From positions 2,776 through 14,564 of the forward strand of contig JBNJGH010000085.1 of NCBI GenBank assembly GCA_051747585.1: DNA of 11,789 bases, in the 5' to 3' direction. Shown here piece after piece: positions 6,541-11,789 of the stretch. Each line of letters begins with the position of its first letter. Within the stretch, counting starts at the first letter, position 1. Source of the stretch: Candidatus Rifleibacteriota bacterium (GTDB taxonomy: Bacteria > Muiribacteriota > Ozemobacteria > Ozemobacterales > Ozemobacteraceae). The notes beneath the pieces were generated by a model, which saw nothing but the letters and a program-made list of their open reading frames with translations, did no database searches and was not told where the DNA came from. Made by a program: the position numbers and the translations under genes.

Positions 6541-7544
6541 CTCTTGGCATAGAATCTTCATGTGACGATACTTCAATCGCTCTGGTAGAAGATGGCCGCA
6601 AAGTACTGGCCAGCATCGTTTCTTCGCAAATTGAAATTCACAAAAGATTTGGCGGGGTTGTTCCCGAAATTGCCTCGCGAAAACACCTCGAAGCTATATT
6701 GCCGCTTTTGAAACAAACCCTCGATAAAGCACAAAAAAAACTCGATGATATAGACCAGATTGCCGTAACTGCAGGCCCGGGCTTGCTCGGCCCTTTACTC
6801 ACCGGCCTGAGCTTTGCAAAATCGTTATCATGGTGCCTTAACAAAAGACTGATTCCGGTTAACCATATTGAAGCTCACCTTACCGCAGCTTTTCTTGTCG
6901 ATAATCGTTTACCCGAATACCCATTTCTAGGGCTTATAGTTTCAGGGGGACATTCAAATCTTGTATTGGCAGAAGGCCCACGAAAATTCAAACTACTCGG
7001 CTACACAGTTGACGATGCTCCCGGTGAACTTTTCGACAAGGTTGCCCGGCATCTTAATCTTGGTTATCCCGGTGGTCCGGTTATTCAAAAAACCGGCGAA
7101 CAGGGCGACCCATACAAATACAAACTTCCACGCCCCATGGCCGACAAAGGTTATCTTTTCAGTTTCAGCGGCTTAAAGACTGCCGTAATGCGCCTTGTGG
7201 CCAAAGAGCAGGAAAACTTATCTCTCCCCGACCTGTGTGCGGCACTTCAACTTGCAGTAGCAGATACATTCAGCAAAAAAACTGCAAAAGCTCTTAAAGA
7301 AACCAAAGCTCCCAGACTGGTTATGGCCGGAGGTGTAGCCGCCAATCAACCGCTACGAGAATCGATGAAAAAAGTCGCAAAAAAATACTCGGCCGAGCTG
7401 CTGTTGCCATCCATACATCTTTGTACTGACAACGCTGCAATGATTGCGGCGCATGGCTTTGTTACCGCAAACGAAGCCCCCCGAAACGCTTCGTTAATAA
7501 ATGCCGCCGCAAACTGGGATATGGGGTCGGACTACATTTTTTGA
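6534..7544 (+). CDS. tsaD: tRNA N6-adenosine threonylcarbamoyltransferase TsaD
   Basis: LGIESSCDDT, FGGVVPEIASRKH, GPGL, NHIEAH, VSGGH, DDAPGELFDK, FSFSGLKTA, GGVAAN and CTDNAAMIA. GGAG at 6522-6525. Confidence 0.97.
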   Translation: MLTLGIESSCDDTSIALVEDGRKVLASIVSSQIEIHKRFGGVVPEIASRKHLEAILPLLKQTLDKAQKKLDDIDQIAVTAGPGLLGPLLTGLSFAKSLSWCLNKRLIPVNHIEAHLTAAFLVDNRLPEYPFLGLIVSGGHSNLVLAEGPRKFKLLGYTVDDAPGELFDKVARHLNLGYPGGPVIQKTGEQGDPYKYKLPRPMADKGYLFSFSGLKTAVMRLVAKEQENLSLPDLCAALQLAVADTFSKKTAKALKETKAPRLVMAGGVAANQPLRESMKKVAKKYSAELLLPSIHLCTDNAAMIAAHGFVTANEAPRNASLINAAANWDMGSDYIF

Positions 7545-7553
7545 GGTTTTGTT

Positions 7554-9425
7554 ATGTCTACAGGTAATATTAAAGTTCTTTCTGAAGAGGTTATAAGCCG
7601 CATCGCGGCGGGCGAAGTTGTCGAAAGACCTGCTTCAGTTGTAAAAGAGCTTATCGAAAATGCTATAGATGCTCAAGCCACCCGAATTGAGGTAGAAATA
7701 AAAGACGGGGGGCAAAAACTCATAGAAGTCTCTGATAATGGCAACGGCATGTGCAGACAAGACGCACTTCTTGCTTTTACCCCCCATGCCACCAGTAAAA
7801 TCAGCGACGATGCAGACATCGAGGCTGTTGCATCTCTCGGCTTTCGGGGTGAAGCTCTGCCGACGATCGCATCGGTATCGAGGGTTATTATGGTTACCCG
7901 CCACAACTCAGAAGAAACTGCAACAAGAGTTCATCTTGACGGCGGAAAAATTTCAAAAGTTGAAGCCGACTCTTTCCCACAGGGAACAAGAATTCAGGTG
8001 CGAAATCTTTTTTACAATGTTCCGGCAAGACGAAAATTTTTAAAATCCGTCCAGGCAGAAATGGCTCAAATTTCTGATATAGTCTGTCATTATATGATGG
8101 GTTACCCCGAAATAGCGTTTAAATTTTCTAAAGGAAACATTCAAATTGCCTCTACCAGCGGATCCGGCAATCTTGCCGATTCAATTTTGTCGGTATATGG
8201 CCCTGAGGTTACCCGAAACCTGCTCGAGCTAAAAGAACCGGCAAAACTTACAGGCACGGGCGTTTCTATAAGAGGGTTCATTTCACCGCCAAATCAATCT
8301 CGCCCATCATCTCGCTATATGACCACATTGGTTAATCGACGCTATGTTAAAACCAGACTTCTTTCTCAGGCTATAAACAAAGCAATTTCAGCCTTTTTTC
8401 CAAAAAGAAAATACCCGGTTTTAATTCTCGATTTAAGGGTTCCGCCCCACATGATAGATGTAAACGTTCATCCGCAAAAAACAGAAATTCGTTTCAAAGA
8501 CGAGCGCTGGGCTTTTGCAACCATGTGGGAAACTATTCAAGCAAGTTTATCGGGTCTAAGAATGGTTTCTGCTCCGGTCGACCAATCAGGAAAAATCACC
8601 GAACTACAAACCTCCAATCTTCCCGGACAAACCGACGAAGAAACATTTAAGCAGAACAATACCCATCAGTCTAACCAAAATTTTCCTGAAAATGTCAGTA
8701 TTTTTCCTTCCAGCGAAGTCACTCAACAGCCTCCACCATCTGAACAGGCTTCAGACAATAAAATTTATGAACTCAAAGATTTTAATTCAGAAAGGCTTGG
8801 GCCATCGTCTCGTTTAACGTCAGCCGGGTTTGAACCTGTCACTACTTTAAAAGAGCCTAAAATACTGGCCCAGCTTAAAAACTCCTATCTACTTGGCGAA
8901 GACAAGGAGGGGCTCTTTATTGTCGATCAACATGCCGCTCACGAACGCATATTGTTCGATCAACTGGTAAATACTTACAAAGACCAGTCTATCACCTCTC
9001 AGCCTCTTTTATTTCCCATTCCTCTCGATTTGCTGCCTTCTGAAAGAATTATCATTAAAGAAAATTTAACCGAGCTCGAGAAGCTTGGCTTTTCAATCAG
9101 TCTCGAAGAGGACGGGCAATTCTATGCAACAGCTGTGCCTGTTCCCGACAAGCGCAGTTCAGAAGAAGAAAGCATTCAGCAGGTTTTGTCGCAAATTCTG
9201 GAGGGCTGGGAAAGCCACTCAATACAGGAAATAAAAATTGATCTGCTTAAAGTAATGGCTTGCAAAGGAGCGGTTAAAGCCGGCGATGATCTTGATGAGT
9301 CAGAATGGGTCAGTTTGCTCGAACAAATGCTCAAAACCGAGAATCCTTTTACCTGCCCCCATGGACGCCCGGTAGTAATAAGAATTACAACCAGACAAAT
9401 CGAAGCAGGCTTTTTAAGGACCTGA
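7554..9425 (+). CDS. mutL: DNA mismatch repair endonuclease MutL
   Basis: IAAGEVVERPASVVKELIENAIDA, DNGNG, HATSKI, LGFRGEAL, NLFYNVPARRKFL and DVNVHPQK. The C-terminal domain has DQHAAHER, QPLLFP, MACK and CPHGRP. Confidence 0.97.
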   Translation: MSTGNIKVLSEEVISRIAAGEVVERPASVVKELIENAIDAQATRIEVEIKDGGQKLIEVSDNGNGMCRQDALLAFTPHATSKISDDADIEAVASLGFRGEALPTIASVSRVIMVTRHNSEETATRVHLDGGKISKVEADSFPQGTRIQVRNLFYNVPARRKFLKSVQAEMAQISDIVCHYMMGYPEIAFKFSKGNIQIASTSGSGNLADSILSVYGPEVTRNLLELKEPAKLTGTGVSIRGFISPPNQSRPSSRYMTTLVNRRYVKTRLLSQAINKAISAFFPKRKYPVLILDLRVPPHMIDVNVHPQKTEIRFKDERWAFATMWETIQASLSGLRMVSAPVDQSGKITELQTSNLPGQTDEETFKQNNTHQSNQNFPENVSIFPSSEVTQQPPPSEQASDNKIYELKDFNSERLGPSSRLTSAGFEPVTTLKEPKILAQLKNSYLLGEDKEGLFIVDQHAAHERILFDQLVNTYKDQSITSQPLLFPIPLDLLPSERIIIKENLTELEKLGFSISLEEDGQFYATAVPVPDKRSSEEESIQQVLSQILEGWESHSIQEIKIDLLKVMACKGAVKAGDDLDESEWVSLLEQMLKTENPFTCPHGRPVVIRITTRQIEAGFLRT

Positions 9426-9428
9426 TCG

Positions 9429-10358
9429 ATGGATAAAAGGGAAAGTTTTCCGGTACTTGCGATTTTGGGTCCTACTGCATCAGGAAAAAGCAAGCTTGCT
9501 CTAAAAATTGCTCAAAAGTTTGGCTGCGAAATAATAAACTGTGATTCAAGGCAGATTTACAAAGAAATGAATATTGGAACAGCCAAGCCAGGGCTAGAAG
9601 AGCAGCAATTAATAAAGCATCATCTCTTTGACCTGATTACCCCTGACCGGAATTTCAGTGCCGGAGATTATGTGAATGTAGCAGTAAAAGCGATAAAAAC
9701 AATACGCGAATCCGGGAACTTACCTCTGCTTACTGGTGGCACCGGCTTTTATTATAATGCAATAGCAAACGGATTACCAAAAGCCGACAAAGATCCTGAA
9801 ATAGCCAAAGATCTGCAAAGCCAGCTTGAATCAGAAGGCTTTGAATTTTTACAAAACCGTCTCAAGCAACTTGATCCTCAGGCCTATTCGACAATAGATC
9901 TTAACAATCCTCGGCGTGTTTTGCGCGCTTTAGAGGTTATTTTAATGACCAATCGACCTTTTGCCGAAAACCTGCCGGTCAAACCTCTTGCTAATGCTGC
10001 TTTTTTGCCTGTTATAGTTACCAGGCCACGATCGGTTTTGCACTATAGAATAGAAAAGCGGGTTGAGCAAATGTTTAAAGCGGGCCTTGAAAATGAAGTT
10101 TCGAATTTATTCGACAAATATGGTTCTCAAGCCCCAGGTTTAAATTCAATCGGTTACGCAGAATGGTCAGGTTTTTTTTCAGATGATAAAAAGATCGATG
10201 ATGTTTTTAATGAAATTGTTATAAATTCAAGACAATATGCCAGGCGCCAGGAAATCTGGTTTAGAAAAAGGCCAGGTCGGCCTATGAACGATCTTGAAAA
10301 CCAAACTGGTGAAACTGAAATTTGTACGGAAATAGAAAATTTTTTAAATAATTTTTAA
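9429..10358 (+). CDS. miaA: tRNA (adenosine(37)-N6)-dimethylallyltransferase MiaA
   Basis: GPTASGKS, NCDSRQIY, IGTAKP, HHL, GGTGFY, NPRRVLRALEV, SIGY and RQYARRQEIWFR. Confidence 0.96.
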   Translation: MDKRESFPVLAILGPTASGKSKLALKIAQKFGCEIINCDSRQIYKEMNIGTAKPGLEEQQLIKHHLFDLITPDRNFSAGDYVNVAVKAIKTIRESGNLPLLTGGTGFYYNAIANGLPKADKDPEIAKDLQSQLESEGFEFLQNRLKQLDPQAYSTIDLNNPRRVLRALEVILMTNRPFAENLPVKPLANAAFLPVIVTRPRSVLHYRIEKRVEQMFKAGLENEVSNLFDKYGSQAPGLNSIGYAEWSGFFSDDKKIDDVFNEIVINSRQYARRQEIWFRKRPGRPMNDLENQTGETEICTEIENFLNNF

Positions 10359-10371
10359 CAATTTCCGCTTA

Positions 10372-10383
10372 GCGCTATAATAA
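10372..10383 (+). promoter_or_regulatory. Candidate -10 element (TATAAT within GCGCTATAATAA) for the downstream ORF
   Basis: TATAAT at 10376-10381. The 12-mer is identical to the one upstream of the sulfatase-like gene. Confidence 0.45.
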
Positions 10384-10427
10384 ATTAAGGCTTTGGCTAA
10401 GTTATGTCGATTATTGTTTAGAGTTTA

Positions 10428-10448
10428 GCAAACCTTACAGGGGTTTGC
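10428..10448 (+). other. Intergenic stem-loop GCAAACC-TTACAGG-GGTTTGC
   Basis: 7-bp Watson-Crick stem, extendable by two G-U pairs. There is no clear U-tract, so a terminator role is uncertain. Confidence 0.35.
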
Positions 10449-10513
10449 GTATTCTACAGGCAGAAATTGCTTAAAATGCATTTGAATTACCTGCTAATTT
10501 TAGTCTTTATACT

Positions 10514-10519
10514 GGAGGT
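10514..10519 (+). promoter_or_regulatory. Shine-Dalgarno GGAGGT
   Basis: Ends 5 nt upstream of TTG 10525. Confidence 0.75.
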
Positions 10520-10524
10520 CAACA

Positions 10525-11789
10525 TTGAGGGAGGCGACTGATCTGGGAGTCAGCGCTGGCGTTCGCCGGGAATTAACCGGACGACGTATTGATCTGACCA
10601 AATTGAAATTCCCCGTTAAAAACGGTGTCATATCCATTCAGGGAGAATTAAGCTTCGTTGGGATGGAAAAAACCAACGATGAAATCGCAATCGAACTGAA
10701 ATTTATTGAATCCAGCCTTAAATCTTTAAAAGGTGCAAAAGAAGTGCATTTTGAGCTCAGTAACTGGGCCAAAAATGAAGCAGGGGTCTGGGAAAGCAAA
10801 GGAAGCAAAAACAAAACCGGCTCTGCCCCTATAGCCACCGGCGAAGGGATTAAATGTCCCGATTGCGACTATGTTATCAGATACTGCCCATGTTGCGGCA
10901 AGCCTCTGGCCGGAGCAGCCAAACATTCTCCCAGTAAGACTAAACGACCAAGACCACCGGTAAAGCCTGTTGCTCGAAAAAAACGACCGCTCAGTGTCCC
11001 GCCGGTTGCTGCACGCAAACCGGAAGAGAAAGCAACAAGCGAGCAAGATAATAAACCAAAAGAGATTAAATCACCTTCGATCTCTCAACAACAACCTGAG
11101 TCAGAGAGCGTAAAAACTCCTGAACCTGCAGTTCCAAACCATGCCCCAACTACCGATTCCGGGCAGAAAAAAACGCAAACTCCAACTCCCAAACCGCTGC
11201 CGCCTCTCAAGCCACTTGGTGAAAGAACTCAGGATCGACCCCAAACCGACACTGGTGAAAGCGATTCATCCCAACAACCTGTTGAAACGCCTGCGCCAGC
11301 AGAAACAGATATTCCTGAGCAACCTGCCCAGCAGGAAACACCTGCTGCAACAGAGCCCGAACAAGTGCCTGATCTTGGCGATCTGAATCTTGGCGGAGCA
11401 CCTGAACAACCACCACAGCAGCAACCACCCGCTGCATCTGAACCTGAACAGGTCCCTGATCTTGGCGATCTTGATTTAAGTGATTTCACGCTTAATGAAG
11501 AAAACAACAAACAAGATTCACAGCAACCAGCTGAACCAGGTCTTGAAACACCAACTTCACCAGTTCAGCCACCGGAAGAACCAGCAGCACCGCAGCAAGC
11601 GCCTGCGCCTGCTCAAACACAGACTCCACAACCTCCACCGGCTAGTCCTGTACCCAGTGCTCCTCAACCGGAGAGTCCACCATTTGCAGAACAACAGCCC
11701 CAACAGGTAGAGCCCGTATCTTCTGCACCCCACACCCCACCACAGCAGCCTGAGCAACCGTCTCAAACGCCGGCTGCCCCGGAAGATTT
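10525..11789 (+). CDS. Hypothetical protein, 3'-truncated (>421 aa): BON-like N-terminal domain, CxxC-x6-CxxC zinc ribbon, long Pro/Gln/Glu-rich disordered region
   Basis: Frame 1 is open from TTG 10525 to the window end: MREATDLGVSAGVRRELTGRRIDLTKLKFPVKNGVISIQGELSF...LKSLKGAKEVHFELSNW...IKCPDCDYVIRYCPCCGKPL...PEQVPDLGDL... It has a strong RBS and is absent from the ORF track because no stop lies within the window. Confidence 0.9.
   Translation, partial: MREATDLGVSAGVRRELTGRRIDLTKLKFPVKNGVISIQGELSFVGMEKTNDEIAIELKFIESSLKSLKGAKEVHFELSNWAKNEAGVWESKGSKNKTGSAPIATGEGIKCPDCDYVIRYCPCCGKPLAGAAKHSPSKTKRPRPPVKPVARKKRPLSVPPVAARKPEEKATSEQDNKPKEIKSPSISQQQPESESVKTPEPAVPNHAPTTDSGQKKTQTPTPKPLPPLKPLGERTQDRPQTDTGESDSSQQPVETPAPAETDIPEQPAQQETPAATEPEQVPDLGDLNLGGAPEQPPQQQPPAASEPEQVPDLGDLDLSDFTLNEENNKQDSQQPAEPGLETPTSPVQPPEEPAAPQQAPAPAQTQTPQPPPASPVPSAPQPESPPFAEQQPQQVEPVSSAPHTPPQQPEQPSQTPAAPED
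11314..11478 (+). repeat. Internal coding duplication, 87-bp period (11314-11391 and 11401-11478)
   Basis: PEQPAQQETPAATEPEQVPDLGDLNL versus PEQPPQQQPPAASEPEQVPDLGDLDL, 21 of 26 aa identical. Confidence 0.9.

Noticed and set aside
260..9493. Short ORFs of 60-105 aa nested in or antisense to the large genes
   Set aside because: They lie largely or entirely within well-supported CDSs and show no motifs, so they are shadow ORFs.
10420..10500. c-di-GMP-I riboswitch suggested by GCAAACC
   Set aside because: It lacks the GNRA-capped stem and the following GACGCAAAG-like segment. Here GCAAACC simply pairs with GGTTTGC.
10482..10513. Promoter TTGAAT...TATACT
   Set aside because: The spacer is 20 bp and the -10 abuts the RBS, so the transcript would lack the RBS.
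10638..11766. Seven short ORFs in other frames (e.g. 11141-11386, 11480-11710, 11229-11510)
   Set aside because: They are by-products of the low-complexity frame-1 ORF, which has the RBS, the Cys motif and the synonymous-variation signal.

Overview
Bacterial chromosomal window, probably from a diderm organism because it encodes an LptA/OstA-type protein. Most of it is housekeeping. Bases 1-196 are a dense patch of different short repeats, including 15 tandem CGANNA hexamers. In + frame 2 this patch also reads as a transmembrane helix, RRK and an acidic dipeptide tail. Next is a minus-strand membrane-anchored sulfatase/alkaline-phosphatase-fold gene (YejM/PbgA/LtaS-like), transcribed divergently from an LptA/OstA-like gene. 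A tightly packed + strand cluster follows: Ski2/HelY-like DExH RNA helicase, tsaE, tsaB, tsaD, mutL (endonuclease type) and miaA. No hfq follows miaA. Instead there is an ORF missed by the ORF track (TTG start at 10525, running off the window) with a BON-like N-terminus, a CxxC/CxxC zinc ribbon and a long Pro/Gln/Glu-rich disordered region containing a duplicated motif. I see no tRNA, rRNA, CRISPR array or transposase. No complete novel system is demonstrable from this window alone. The best leads are the left-edge repeat patch, the unannotated scaffold-like protein and the helicase-t6A-i6A operon.
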